From an uncultured Smithella sp. (GTDB taxonomy: Bacteria; Desulfobacterota; Syntrophia; Syntrophales; Smithellaceae), in contig CAZGDK010000001.1 of the NCBI GenBank assembly GCA_964525155.1, positions 5,283-69,282 on the forward strand: a stretch of DNA of 64,000 bases. Direction: 5' to 3'. Positions within the stretch are counted from its first letter, which is position 1. Each line of letters begins with the position of its first letter. The translations under genes and the position numbers were made by a program. Under the pieces are notes generated by a model that saw only the letters and a list, made by a program, of their open reading frames with translations, searched no databases and had not been told where the DNA came from. Below, one piece after another: positions 55,414 through 64,000 of the stretch.

Positions 55414-55668
55414 ACCGTCAATTCCTCCCCTCTTATTTGATTGGCGCCTGTTAAGTGTTATCGGAAAGCAAAGTAATATAAACGGATTAGAAAATCAATG
55501 GGCAGGTTCACGGCATCATCAGAGCTTTATATGCATCTATTCGCCGACCCGACGATCCAAGCGCGCCCTTGCGTCCGTTCAGAATAGATCGGGACAGAAG
55601 CTTGCCTTGCCGGGCGGGTAACAGACTTGTTCCGTAAAGCGGGTGGGCCCTGCCGGGCGCACCACCAC

Positions 55669-55702
55669 AAAAAAGCCCGCCTTGTTGGAGGCGGGCTTTT
55701 TT
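55669..55702 (-). terminator. Rho-independent terminator downstream of the zinc-ribbon gene (bidirectional architecture)
   Basis: The sequence is aaaaaaGCCCGCC-ttgttgga-GGCGGGC-tttttt, located 9 nt after the stop of 55711..55989 (-). Confidence 0.7.
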
Positions 55703-55710
55703 ATGGCCGT

Positions 55711-55989
55711 TTAATCTTCCTTGCCCGACGCGCTCGACGAGGCGTCTGAGGATGAGGTGCTGTCGCTGGATGATGATTCCGCTGCCGTGGATTTGGCCGC
55801 CTGCGGCTTCTTGCCGGCATAGTCGGTGGCGTACCAGCCGGAGCCTTTGAGACTGAATGAGGAAAGCGACATCATCTTGTGAACCTTTCCCTTGCAGAAC
55901 TTGCAGGTTTTCAGATCCGGCTCGGTGATGCCCTGAAACGCTTCAAACTGCTTGCCGCATTTCTTGCACTGATATTCGTAGATAGGCAT
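55711..55989 (-). CDS. FmdB-family zinc-ribbon protein with Ser-rich acidic tail
   Basis: MPIYEYQCKKCGKQFEAFQGITEPDLKTCKFCKGKV is the CxxC...CxxC FmdB/CxxC_CxxC_SSSS signature. The tail reads SSSSDSTSSSDASSSASG. Confidence 0.85.
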   Translation of the reverse strand: MPIYEYQCKKCGKQFEAFQGITEPDLKTCKFCKGKVHKMMSLSSFSLKGSGWYATDYAGKKPQAAKSTAAESSSSDSTSSSDASSSASGKED

Positions 55990-56006
55990 AAGTCAACCTC
56001 CCAAAA

Positions 56007-56543
56007 TTAATTTACAATATCGCTGAGGGTAAACTGGCTGCTGAAGCAGTCCAGCACAATATCCATCTCTTTTTGCTTGACCGGCCGTAAGGCATCCCGC
56101 GTCAGGTTGTGCACGATTTTTTCTTCCTGTTCTTTCACATTCTCGGGCGCGTCAAAATCGATTTCGCCTGATCCGAAGCGCAGCACATGAATCAGTTCGT
56201 GGACGGCGATGTAAAGCATCAAGGGGCTTAACTTGATGAACGAATTGGCCCGATCCACGGCATCCAGGATGATATTGTCCTGAAGGCACACCCGGTAAAA
56301 ATCAAATCCTTCATTTTCCTGTGCCGTTAAAACCTGCGGCTTTTCGTAACAATACTTGCACAGGTGCGCAAACGCGCCGTCTTTTACTTCATGCTCCTTC
56401 AAAAAAGCAAGTGTTTTTACTTCATATTTGTTTTTGCGCAGGTCGTTTTCGTCCAGGCGGAAATGGCGCAAAACCAGTTTTTCCGCGTCGTTAAACGCCC
56501 GGACCGCCACCGGAATCTGCGTTGTATTAAAAAACCGGTTCAT
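56007..56543 (-). CDS. Hypothetical protein with HExxH motif (possible metallopeptidase-like)
   Basis: 178 aa. The sequence LMLYIAVHELIHVLRFG contains HELIH. It lies 17 nt upstream of the zinc-ribbon gene on the same strand. Confidence 0.5.
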   Translation of the reverse strand: MNRFFNTTQIPVAVRAFNDAEKLVLRHFRLDENDLRKNKYEVKTLAFLKEHEVKDGAFAHLCKYCYEKPQVLTAQENEGFDFYRVCLQDNIILDAVDRANSFIKLSPLMLYIAVHELIHVLRFGSGEIDFDAPENVKEQEEKIVHNLTRDALRPVKQKEMDIVLDCFSSQFTLSDIVN

Positions 56544-56703
56544 CGTCTCCCCCGCAAAAGCACGTTTTTCGGCGGTAATTTAGCCATGGACGTTTTTTGT
56601 GTCAAGCCCCTCCTTAAGGGAAGGAATTTCTTGTCAAATGAGACGGGCAATGTTAGTATCCCGAACCGTCCGGATATGACCGAAATTGTAAGGGATTAAT
56701 TTA

Positions 56704-57552
56704 ATGGCGCTGGCTGCAAACAGTTTAAACGGTTCTGAAAACAACGATCAAACGGGGTGGAAATTAACGCTTGCCGGCCCGTTTGCTTTTGTCGGCCGGA
56801 CAGCCATCGGCTGGGTGAACAACCTCGGCGCGGCGGCCATTTTTCTTTATCTGGCCCTTTTGCAAACGTTCGGGCGAAATCAATTATCCAAAGTTATTCA
56901 GCAGATATACTATATCGGCGCGCGCTCCATCACGATCATCATTCTGGTCAGCCTTTTTGCCGGGATGGTTCTGGGCCTGCAGGCCCACCACTCTCTGGTT
57001 CAGTTCGGCGCGGAAGGCGCGACCGGCTCCCTGGTGGCCCTGTCTTTGATCATGGAACTGGGGCCGGTTTTGACTGCCATCATGATCACCGCCCGCGCCG
57101 GTTCGGCCATTGCCGCCGAAATCGGCATTCAGCGCATCAGCGAACAAATTGACGCCCTGCACACCATGCGCATCAACCCCATGCGGTATATTGTCAGCCC
57201 CAAGATCACCGCTGCCATCATCAGCTTCCCGATTCTGACGGCCGTGTTTGACCTGATCGGCATTTTGGGCGGTTACATTTCCGCCGTCAGCCTGCTGGGG
57301 CTCAACGCCGGCGTTTACTGGTACAGCACGCAGGTTTACGTGGCTCTTGCCGATGTCACCAACGGCTTTATCAAGTCGATTGTTTTCGCCGTCATCGTCG
57401 CCACCGTCTGCTGTTATCAGGGATATTTCGCCCACATGCGTAAAGACAGCCACGGCGCGCAGGCAGTGGGCCTGGCGACCACCTCGGCGGTGGTGACGTC
57501 CTGTGTGCTGATTCTGGTTTCCGACTACGTCGTGACATCCTTATTATTATAG
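56704..57552 (+). CDS. mlaE: MlaE-type ABC transporter permease (phospholipid transport)
   Basis: 282 aa. MlaE/Ttg2B blocks are present: GARSITIIILVSLFAGMVLGLQ, ELGPVLTAIMITARAGSAIAAEIG and RISEQIDAL. Confidence 0.85.
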   Translation: MALAANSLNGSENNDQTGWKLTLAGPFAFVGRTAIGWVNNLGAAAIFLYLALLQTFGRNQLSKVIQQIYYIGARSITIIILVSLFAGMVLGLQAHHSLVQFGAEGATGSLVALSLIMELGPVLTAIMITARAGSAIAAEIGIQRISEQIDALHTMRINPMRYIVSPKITAAIISFPILTAVFDLIGILGGYISAVSLLGLNAGVYWYSTQVYVALADVTNGFIKSIVFAVIVATVCCYQGYFAHMRKDSHGAQAVGLATTSAVVTSCVLILVSDYVVTSLLL

Positions 57553-57561
57553 AGAGCCCGC

Positions 57562-58809
57562 ATGGATATTCCCCTGATCGAATTTCAAAATGTGACGAAA
57601 CGCTTCGGCGACCATACCGTTCTGGACCGCATCAATTTGCAGATCTACGAAGGACAGGTCACGACCATTATCGGCCTTTCCGGCACGGGAAAAAGCGTGC
57701 TGCTCAAGCATATCATCGGCCTTTTAAAACCCGATGAAGGCGCCATTTTGTTTCGCGGCACGCCGGTTTCCGATATGAAACGGGCCGAGCTTGATGAAGC
57801 CTTCTCCAAAATCAGTTATATGTTTCAGGGCAACGCGCTTTTTGATTCACTGACGGTTTACGACAACATTGCCATGCCGCTTCGTGAAACAACGCATTTG
57901 AGCAAGGAGGAAATTCATGCGCGGGTCATGGCCCGTGTGGAACAGACGGAACTGACGGAAGCTGTTTACCGTTATCCGTCCGAGCTCTCCGGCGGGATGC
58001 AAAAAAGAGCGGCGCTGGCCCGCGCGCTCATCACCGATCCGCACATCGTTTTGTTTGACGAACCGACGACCGGCCAGGACCCCGTCCGGAAAAACGCCAT
58101 CCTGAGCATGATCGCCCAGTATCAGCGCAAACTCAATTTCACGGCCATTTTGGTGAGCCATGAAATCCCCGATGTTTATTTCATTTCCAACCGCATTCTG
58201 GCCCTCTACGACCGTCAGATCGTCTTTCAGGGCACACCGGAGGCGCTGGAAGATTTCGATCATCCGTTTATGGATGAAGTCGTAGGCAGTCTCGAAGGCC
58301 TGCAAAGGGAATTAACCGGCCTGTATTCGAGCCGCCAGTTCAAGATGCTCAACCATGCTCAGATGAAGCGGGGCGCGGCGGGAAATTATTGCGTGCTCAT
58401 TTTCAACCTACCGGACATGGAAAGCATCGTTGCTTCGTTCGGGCACGACGCGGCGCAGGACGTTTTAAGAAACATGGGATTGCGCATCGATCATCACTTC
58501 GGCATGATCGGAGGCTTTTCCACGCGCCAAAGCACCAGTCAATTTATCACCATGATTCCCTATTCCCATCTTGCCGAAGCGGACGGCATTTTGCAGGACT
58601 TCGTCCGGGATGTCACGGCGCAGACACTCCAGCCCACGGGGCTGGGAACGTGCAAGCTGCCCGCGGGCGCTTCCCTGGATGTGGCCATTTACGCGGGCAT
58701 TGCCGAAGGCCGGCCGGAAAGCGACATTGATGTCGTAGTGGCAAAAGCCAAATCACAACAAAAAGAAATCGGGCGGCTGCACTGCGCCGCCACGGGAGTG
58801 ACCTTATGA
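57562..58809 (+). CDS. mlaF: MlaF-type ABC ATPase fused to a C-terminal degenerate GGDEF-like domain
   Basis: The ABC core has GLSGTGKS, LSGGMQKRAALARAL and VLFDEPTTGQDP. Residues ~250-415 follow the GGDEF-domain pattern (ELTGLYSSRQF; CVLIFNLPDMESIVASFGHDAAQDVLRNM; IGGFSTRQSTSQFITMIP; DVAIYAGIA; VVAKAKSQQKEIGR), but the active-site GG[DE]EF is replaced by GGFST. Confidence 0.8.
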   Translation: MDIPLIEFQNVTKRFGDHTVLDRINLQIYEGQVTTIIGLSGTGKSVLLKHIIGLLKPDEGAILFRGTPVSDMKRAELDEAFSKISYMFQGNALFDSLTVYDNIAMPLRETTHLSKEEIHARVMARVEQTELTEAVYRYPSELSGGMQKRAALARALITDPHIVLFDEPTTGQDPVRKNAILSMIAQYQRKLNFTAILVSHEIPDVYFISNRILALYDRQIVFQGTPEALEDFDHPFMDEVVGSLEGLQRELTGLYSSRQFKMLNHAQMKRGAAGNYCVLIFNLPDMESIVASFGHDAAQDVLRNMGLRIDHHFGMIGGFSTRQSTSQFITMIPYSHLAEADGILQDFVRDVTAQTLQPTGLGTCKLPAGASLDVAIYAGIAEGRPESDIDVVVAKAKSQQKEIGRLHCAATGVTL

Positions 58810-59291
58810 AAAAATATACTCTGGAAACCATCGTCGGCATTTTTGTCGTTCTGGGGCTCGTCTGCGTCGGCTACATGACCGTCAAACTCGGCAAACTCAA
58901 TATTCTGGGCAACGACTCTTACCCGCTCGTGGCCAAGTTCAGTTCCGTCTCCGGCCTGCGCAAAGACAATCCCGTGAAAATTCTGGGCATTGAGGTGGGA
59001 CGTGTGGAAAAGATCACGATGGACCAGGAAAATCTGAAAGCGGTCGTGGAACTCCGCGTGAAAAACGACATTAAAATTTACGACGACGCCATCGCCTCCA
59101 TAAAAACGGAAGGGCTGATCGGAGACAAGTATCTGAACATCGATCCGGGCGGAGGGGGCGATCTGCTCAAACCCGGAGGCGTCATCATCGATACGCAGGC
59201 GCCGGTCGACATCGAGCAGCTTATCAGCAAATACGCCTTTGGCGAAGTGAAGAAGGAAAACAAAGAGGATAAAAAAGAAGATCAGAAATAA
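58806..59291 (+). CDS. mlaD: MlaD (MCE domain) periplasmic component
   Basis: An N-terminal TM anchor is followed by the MCE domain (SVSGLRKDNPVKILGIEVGRVEKI...TEGLIGDKYLNIDPG). Confidence 0.8.
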   Translation: MKKYTLETIVGIFVVLGLVCVGYMTVKLGKLNILGNDSYPLVAKFSSVSGLRKDNPVKILGIEVGRVEKITMDQENLKAVVELRVKNDIKIYDDAIASIKTEGLIGDKYLNIDPGGGGDLLKPGGVIIDTQAPVDIEQLISKYAFGEVKKENKEDKKEDQK

Positions 59292-59296
59292 ATTTC

Positions 59297-59905
59297 ATGG
59301 AGGCTCCCGTAATGAAGAAAAGAACTGTCGTACTGAGTTTGCTCTTGCTTTTGATATTTACGCTGCCGGCCTACGCCGGAGCGCCGACGGACGCCGTCGA
59401 TAAAACCGTCAACCGGGTGCTGGAGGTCCTGCGTGACTCCAAGCTCAAAGGAGCAGGCGCCAAGCAGGCCAAAACGGAAAAGCTGCGCGTCATTTATAAA
59501 GACATGTTCGACGAGATGGAATTTTCCCGCCGGACGCTGACACGTAACTGGAACAAATTTTCGCCGGACCAAAGAAAGGAATTCGTCGATCTGTTTGAGC
59601 AGGTGCTGGAAAAAGCCTATCTGGACAAGATTCTGGACTACTCCAACGAAAAAGTCGTTTTCCACAAAGAAAATGCGTTAAACGAAAAGCAGGTGGAGGT
59701 TTCCTCGAAAATCATCACGGCGTCCAAGGAAATCCCCATCATTTACCGCATGATTCTTAAAGACGGAAAGTGGAAGGTCTATGACGTCGTGGTGGAAAAC
59801 GTCAGCCTCGTGCAAAATTACCGGACCCAGTTCAACGATATTCTGGCTTCCGGCACGCCCGAACAACTGCTGGAAACGTTGCGCAAAAAAGTAAAGGCGC
59901 AATAA
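59297..59905 (+). CDS. mlaC: MlaC/Ttg2D-family periplasmic lipid-binding protein
   Basis: A signal peptide is followed by FSRRTLTRNWNKFSPDQRKEFVDLFEQVLEKAY and KVYDVVVENVSLVQNYRTQF. Confidence 0.8.
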   Translation: MEAPVMKKRTVVLSLLLLLIFTLPAYAGAPTDAVDKTVNRVLEVLRDSKLKGAGAKQAKTEKLRVIYKDMFDEMEFSRRTLTRNWNKFSPDQRKEFVDLFEQVLEKAYLDKILDYSNEKVVFHKENALNEKQVEVSSKIITASKEIPIIYRMILKDGKWKVYDVVVENVSLVQNYRTQFNDILASGTPEQLLETLRKKVKAQ

Positions 59906-59918
59906 GAAAAGATTCTCC

Positions 59919-60833
59919 ATGAAACCTTTTTTAACTTTTCTAATGATCATCCTGGCGCTGGCATCGGGCGCTGCGCGGGCCGACGCATCCGACGCCATGC
60001 CTGCGCAGTCGGAGTCTGCCGTGTCGCAGAACGCATCGGCGCTGTCTGACGCCCCGGCCACGGTCGAAGACGCGGCGAAAAAAACCGACGCCTTTGACGA
60101 AGAATACACTGACGATGAAGATTATGATGATACGGCCGCGAGCGAAGAGCGCGTCAGCATCGCCGATCCCATCGAACCGTTCAACCGGGCCATGCACACG
60201 TTCAACGACCGGCTTTATTTCTGGCTGCTCAAGCCCGTCGCCCGTGCGTATAATGTCGTGGCGCCTGAGCCCGCGCGGATCAGCGTTAAAAATTTCTTTG
60301 CCAATCTGGCTTTCCCGGCGCGATTTTTAAGCTGCCTCCTCCAGACCGATTTTGCGGGCGCCGCCACGGAAACCGGACGGTTTACCATAAACACGATCTG
60401 GGGAATCGGAGGGCTTATGGACCCCGCCGCCTCAGGGGAGCTCAATCTGCGCAAGCAGGATGCCGATCTGGGGCAGACCCTGGGCGTGTACGGCGTGGGC
60501 CACGGCTTTTACATTGTCTGGCCGGTCTACGGTCCGTCGAGCCCGCGGGATACCTTGACGATCGCCGGCGATACGTTTTTGTATCCCCCATCCTATATAA
60601 CACCCTGGTATATCAACCGGGGCGTGTGGGCGTATGAAAAAATCAATTATGCCTCTTTACGAATCGGAGACTACGAATCGCTCATCGGCGCCGCGATTGA
60701 CCCATATATCTCCATACGCGACGCCTACGTCCAGTACCGGATGAAGGAGGTCAAAGCGAGAAAAGCCAGATCGCTGCTTTTCAAAGAACAGACAGTCGAG
60801 GCATCCGGAAAAACGGAAACAAGGAAGGAGTAA
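59919..60833 (+). CDS. mlaA: MlaA/VacJ-family outer-membrane lipoprotein
   Basis: It contains DPIEPFNRAMHTFNDRLY..LKPVARAY and GQTLGVYGVGHGFYIVWPVYGPSSPRD. Confidence 0.85.
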   Translation: MKPFLTFLMIILALASGAARADASDAMPAQSESAVSQNASALSDAPATVEDAAKKTDAFDEEYTDDEDYDDTAASEERVSIADPIEPFNRAMHTFNDRLYFWLLKPVARAYNVVAPEPARISVKNFFANLAFPARFLSCLLQTDFAGAATETGRFTINTIWGIGGLMDPAASGELNLRKQDADLGQTLGVYGVGHGFYIVWPVYGPSSPRDTLTIAGDTFLYPPSYITPWYINRGVWAYEKINYASLRIGDYESLIGAAIDPYISIRDAYVQYRMKEVKARKARSLLFKEQTVEASGKTETRKE

Positions 60834-60973
60834 ACGGGAAGAGGTCCGCCTGGAACACTGTATTTTCCGCGTTTCATCTCCCCCTTTTTTAAAGGGGGAT
60901 TCAGGGGGATTTGATCTCTTCCAAAATCCACCCCGCCCCTCCTTTGGGAAAGGAGGGAGAAAAAAAAGGAGCC

Positions 60974-61762
60974 ATGATTACGAAAAAGTTTTTCTTATTG
61001 TTCATGACAGCATTTCTCACGCTGTCTTCAGCTTCTTCGGCCGTCGCCGCAGGCCTCTTCGGTCCGCCGCAAACCCTGTCAAAGAAGGCGGGCGGCCTCA
61101 ACACGGCCATCGCGTATTCGTATGCCGAAGACGTTTTTAAAAATTCGCGGGACTTTACGCTGCGGCAGCACCAGGTCTATTCCCATGCGGCTTACGGCAA
61201 AGACGATATCTGGGAAGTCTATGGCCGTCTGGGCGTCTCCACGCTGAAAATCTCCGACGCTTTTCACTCCGATAGTCTTCTGACCGCCACGGCCTCGAAT
61301 GATTTCGCGGAAAACTGGAAATTCTTCGGCGCTCTGGGCGCCAAGGGATTTTATCCGCTAACCTCCCGGTTCGGCGTCGGCGCGTTTTTGCAGGGCACTT
61401 ACCACTTCAGCAATTATACGGACAACGTCATGGGCTATCGCAACGGCATGCCGTTTGAAGCGGATTTGAAAATTAAAAACCTCTGGGACATCGCCGGCGG
61501 CATCGGTTTGCAGGCCACACTGCCCCGCAACATCAGGCTCTATGGCGGCCCTTATGTTTACTATTCAGATGCGGACACCATTTTGTCCGCCGACCTGCCG
61601 GGGCTTTCCTTCACAACGGAAAAAGGGCTTCTGCAAAATCGATCCAAAGCCGGCGGATACGCCGGAGCCGACCTTCCGCTGTTCAAGGGGTTCCGTCTGA
61701 ATATTGAAGGACGTTATGCCGAGCGCTTGTCTGTCGGAACAGCCATCACTTACATCTACTAG
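60974..61762 (+). CDS. Outer-membrane beta-barrel protein (unknown family)
   Basis: The start is set at the ATG at 60974 (AAGGAG 6 nt upstream). A signal peptide [25 protein letters not shown] is followed by an alternating amphipathic beta pattern and a C-terminal aromatic residue (AITYIY). Confidence 0.6.
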   Translation: MITKKFFLLFMTAFLTLSSASSAVAAGLFGPPQTLSKKAGGLNTAIAYSYAEDVFKNSRDFTLRQHQVYSHAAYGKDDIWEVYGRLGVSTLKISDAFHSDSLLTATASNDFAENWKFFGALGAKGFYPLTSRFGVGAFLQGTYHFSNYTDNVMGYRNGMPFEADLKIKNLWDIAGGIGLQATLPRNIRLYGGPYVYYSDADTILSADLPGLSFTTEKGLLQNRSKAGGYAGADLPLFKGFRLNIEGRYAERLSVGTAITYIY

Positions 61763-61773
61763 AAGGATTCATC

Positions 61774-62910
61774 ATGAAAACCAGAAACAAATCGGGAAAA
61801 CAAAACAAATTAAAAATCGGCGTTTTGTACGGCGGACGCTCGGGCGAACATGACGTATCACTTTGTTCGGCGGCATCCGTTGTCGCCGCGCTGGACAAAA
61901 CCAAATACGACGTCGTCGCCGTGGGCATCGACCGCGACGGCCGCTGGTACGTTCAGGACCGGCCCGAAATCATTGCCGACAAAGACTTCGGCAAAATCCT
62001 CTCTCTTCAAAAAAGAGGCACGTGGCTTGTCAATCATTTTGAAGAGCAAAACAAGCTGCATATTTACAACTTGGAATCGGACGGCGAAAAAGTTGTCGTC
62101 GATCTGATTTTCCCGGTGCTCCACGGCACCTATGGCGAGGACGGAACACTTCAGGGCCTTCTGGAGCTGGCCATGGTTCCTTATGTCGGCGTGGATGTGG
62201 CGGGCGCCGCCGTCGGCATGGATAAGGACATAGCCAAGCGCCTTTTGAAAGAAGCGGGCATTCCGGTAGTGCCCTGGGTTACAGTGAGCAAACATCAGTG
62301 GCGGGAGCAGCGCCCCAAAATCCTTCGGGAGGCTACGACCAAGCTGTCATTGCCGCTTTTTGTCAAACCGCTTTGCACCGGATCATCAGTGGGCGTGGTG
62401 AAGGTGAAGCACAAAAAGGATCTGGCCGCCGCCGTGGATTATGCGTTGCAGTTCGACACCCGGGTGATGATCGAAACCGGCATTGACTGCCGCGAAATTG
62501 AATGCGCCGTACTGGGGAATGAAAATCCGCAGGCCTCCGTGCTGGGTGAAATTCTGCCCCAGCATGAATTTTATTCCTATGAGGCCAAGTATCTCGATCC
62601 GCAGGGCGCCAGTACGAATATTCCGGCCAACGTTCCGGCAAGGCTTTCCGTCGCCATTCGCAAGGCCGCCGTAGCGGGATACATTGCGCTCAACTGCAAT
62701 GCCATGGCGCGCGTGGATTTCTTTCTGGATAAAAAGACAAACACATTTTACCTCAATGAAATCAACACACTGCCGGGCTTTACCTCAATCAGCATGTATC
62801 CCAAGCTCTGGGAAGCCACCGGCCTTCCCTACGGCAAACTACTGGACCGATTAATTGAACTGGCGCAGGAAAGACATAGTGAAAAATTAGCTGTTAAGAC
62901 GGATGTATAA
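61774..62910 (+). CDS. ddl: D-alanine--D-alanine ligase
   Basis: It contains [38 protein letters not shown], and the ATP-grasp part with [17 protein letters not shown]. Confidence 0.9.
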   Translation: MKTRNKSGKQNKLKIGVLYGGRSGEHDVSLCSAASVVAALDKTKYDVVAVGIDRDGRWYVQDRPEIIADKDFGKILSLQKRGTWLVNHFEEQNKLHIYNLESDGEKVVVDLIFPVLHGTYGEDGTLQGLLELAMVPYVGVDVAGAAVGMDKDIAKRLLKEAGIPVVPWVTVSKHQWREQRPKILREATTKLSLPLFVKPLCTGSSVGVVKVKHKKDLAAAVDYALQFDTRVMIETGIDCREIECAVLGNENPQASVLGEILPQHEFYSYEAKYLDPQGASTNIPANVPARLSVAIRKAAVAGYIALNCNAMARVDFFLDKKTNTFYLNEINTLPGFTSISMYPKLWEATGLPYGKLLDRLIELAQERHSEKLAVKTDV

Positions 62911-63252
62911 TGAAAATATTTTCAATCGCATCGAAGTGAATCATCATTGCTCCAGTCAACACCCTTTCCCCAGACGCCACGCGGATGGATAAAATCACTT
63001 CAAATACCAGCTTGTCGGAAAAGTTTACAATTTAAAGAAAACCATTGAAACGCCATATTGTTTTTTCCGATAGACAATAATATCTTTACACAGATTAAAT
63101 GAAAATCATACGTAATATTATGGTGTTGAAAAATTCAAGACACACCGGGAATAATTATCAGAGATAATGGCACAACCATTGCTATATATTCAGCGTAAAA
63201 CTGAAGTATGAATTGTTTCTGTAAAAAATTTAAATTTCTAGGAGGAGTTAAA

Positions 63253-63837
63253 ATGAGAAAATTACAGGTGATTTTGGTTGCAGTATTGATTACGTTGGTA
63301 TGCGGAACCATGGCTTTTGCCGACAGCGACACTCAGAACTTTTTAGATCAGACTGCCACAACGTATTGGACCCCGAATGAAGGTTCAACCTATTATAGTC
63401 CGTATTATCGCTGGAATGGAGAGGGCTGGTCATGGCAGCATCAGGCTCTGACTGCTAATTCAGAAGCCACATTGTATGTTGCCGCGTGGGATGTTGACGC
63501 AGGGACTTCGTATTATGATGAACATGATAAAATTTATGCAAAAGACAATGGAGCATGGGTTCTCCTGGGAGAACTTGCCGGCGCATCCGATGCGTGGGGA
63601 TTTACTACTTTCACCTTGGGCAACGCCTTCTACAATGACATTGCAAGCGGTTTAGAGGTCAAAATTGAAATCGATGTAAACAATACTGGTTGGGCCGTTG
63701 CTCTTTCTAAATCAGTCCTTACGACAGATGGAACAGGCAATAACGAGAATCCGAATCCCGGTGCGGTTCCCGAACCGGCTTCCATGCTGCTTCTGGGTTT
63801 GGGTCTGGCAGGTGTTGCGGCTTTGAGAAGAAAATAA
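63253..63837 (+). CDS. PEP-CTERM sorting-signal secreted protein
   Basis: The start is set at the ATG at 63253 (GGAGGAG upstream). A signal peptide is present, and the C-terminus is VPEPASMLLLGLGLAGVAALRRK (PEP motif + TM + basic tail). Confidence 0.75.
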   Translation: MRKLQVILVAVLITLVCGTMAFADSDTQNFLDQTATTYWTPNEGSTYYSPYYRWNGEGWSWQHQALTANSEATLYVAAWDVDAGTSYYDEHDKIYAKDNGAWVLLGELAGASDAWGFTTFTLGNAFYNDIASGLEVKIEIDVNNTGWAVALSKSVLTTDGTGNNENPNPGAVPEPASMLLLGLGLAGVAALRRK

Positions 63838-63887
63838 TAAAATCCGGTTTCATAGGATAAACATTCGCGGTTTCTACAACGGAATAT

Positions 63888-63925
63888 ACAGGCAGGGTCA
63901 AACGACTCTGCCTGTTTTATTTTTG
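63888..63925 (+). terminator. Rho-independent terminator after the PEP-CTERM gene
   Basis: The sequence is ACAGGCAG-ggtcaaacgact-CTGCCTGT-TTTATTTTT. Confidence 0.6.
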
Positions 63926-64000
63926 GAATAATGATGTTTGTCGATTTTTCTTACAGTATCAGGATCGGCCCTGTCCTGATTCTTATCCATTCCATTTTTC

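Noticed and set aside
60911-60973. Upstream (non-ATG) start of the OMP ORF, and likewise 63208..63252 for the PEP-CTERM ORF
   Set aside because: The extensions run through hairpin or AT-rich non-coding sequence. The internal ATGs have proper Shine-Dalgarno sequences and give normal signal peptides.
1-64000. Search for CRISPR arrays, tRNA/rRNA genes, transposases/integrases, and in-frame TGA selenoprotein genes near selB
   Set aside because: By eye I found no regularly spaced direct repeats, no cloverleaf-like or rRNA-like segments, and no DDE/tyrosine-recombinase-like ORFs. No interrupted ORF suggests a Sec codon. tRNAscan, Infernal and a SECIS search would be required to exclude small RNAs formally.

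Overview
This is a 64-kb chromosomal window. Gene content suggests a Desulfobacterota/deltaproteobacterial-type anaerobe: selB, sigma-54-style promoters, a PEP-CTERM protein, PAS sensors with a Cys-rich tail, and the dcw gene order. That assignment is inference only.

Backbone. A complete co-directional division/cell-wall (dcw) cluster lies on the minus strand, running from 47213 down to 30218: mraZ-rsmH-ftsL-ftsI-murE-murF-mraY-murD-ftsW-murG-murC-murB-ftsQ-ftsA-ftsZ. It has a readable sigma-70 promoter and GTGGA-repeat MraZ operator, and is followed by a B12/radical-SAM gene. Other backbone genes are mltG, ruvX, selB, a YhaM-like RNase, a 4xPAS hybrid histidine kinase, an mlaE-F-D-C-A operon plus an OMP, and ddl. 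On the left side are kup, a CDF metal exporter, acyl-CoA dehydrogenase plus CoA-transferase, and two response regulators.

Accessory and unusual content:
1. An AT-rich island edge at the left border carries a truncated coiled-coil tail-anchored protein. It is followed by an overlapping wHTH + nucleotidyltransferase pair that looks like a divergent AbiE-type toxin-antitoxin/abortive-infection module.
2. A lower-GC minus-strand operon (14775->12739) encodes two paralogous mini-proteins (one of 39 aa is absent from the ORF track), a 110-aa unknown, and a CAP/YkwD lipoprotein reading without a stop into a fungal/actinobacterial-like GH12 glycanase.
3. A 9-kb minus-strand envelope-glycosylation cluster (28213->19387) encodes a cupin, a DegT aminotransferase, a TylM1-like methyltransferase, a Dpm1/ArnC-like GT2 and three paralogous GT-C transferases. 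Two of the GT-C genes are tandem and carry a PA14-like C-terminal domain. I consider this the best candidate for an undescribed Arn-like amino-sugar modification system.
4. The 9-mer TGTCCCATG (heptamer core TGGGACA/TGTCCCA) recurs only in intergenic spots of modules 2 and 3. Twice it sits as a repeat cluster about 90-140 bp upstream of -24/-12-like elements, which suggests an unrecognised enhancer-binding-protein regulon.
5. MlaF is fused to a degenerate GGDEF-like domain in an operon lacking MlaB.

No rRNA, tRNA, CRISPR array or transposase was recognised.
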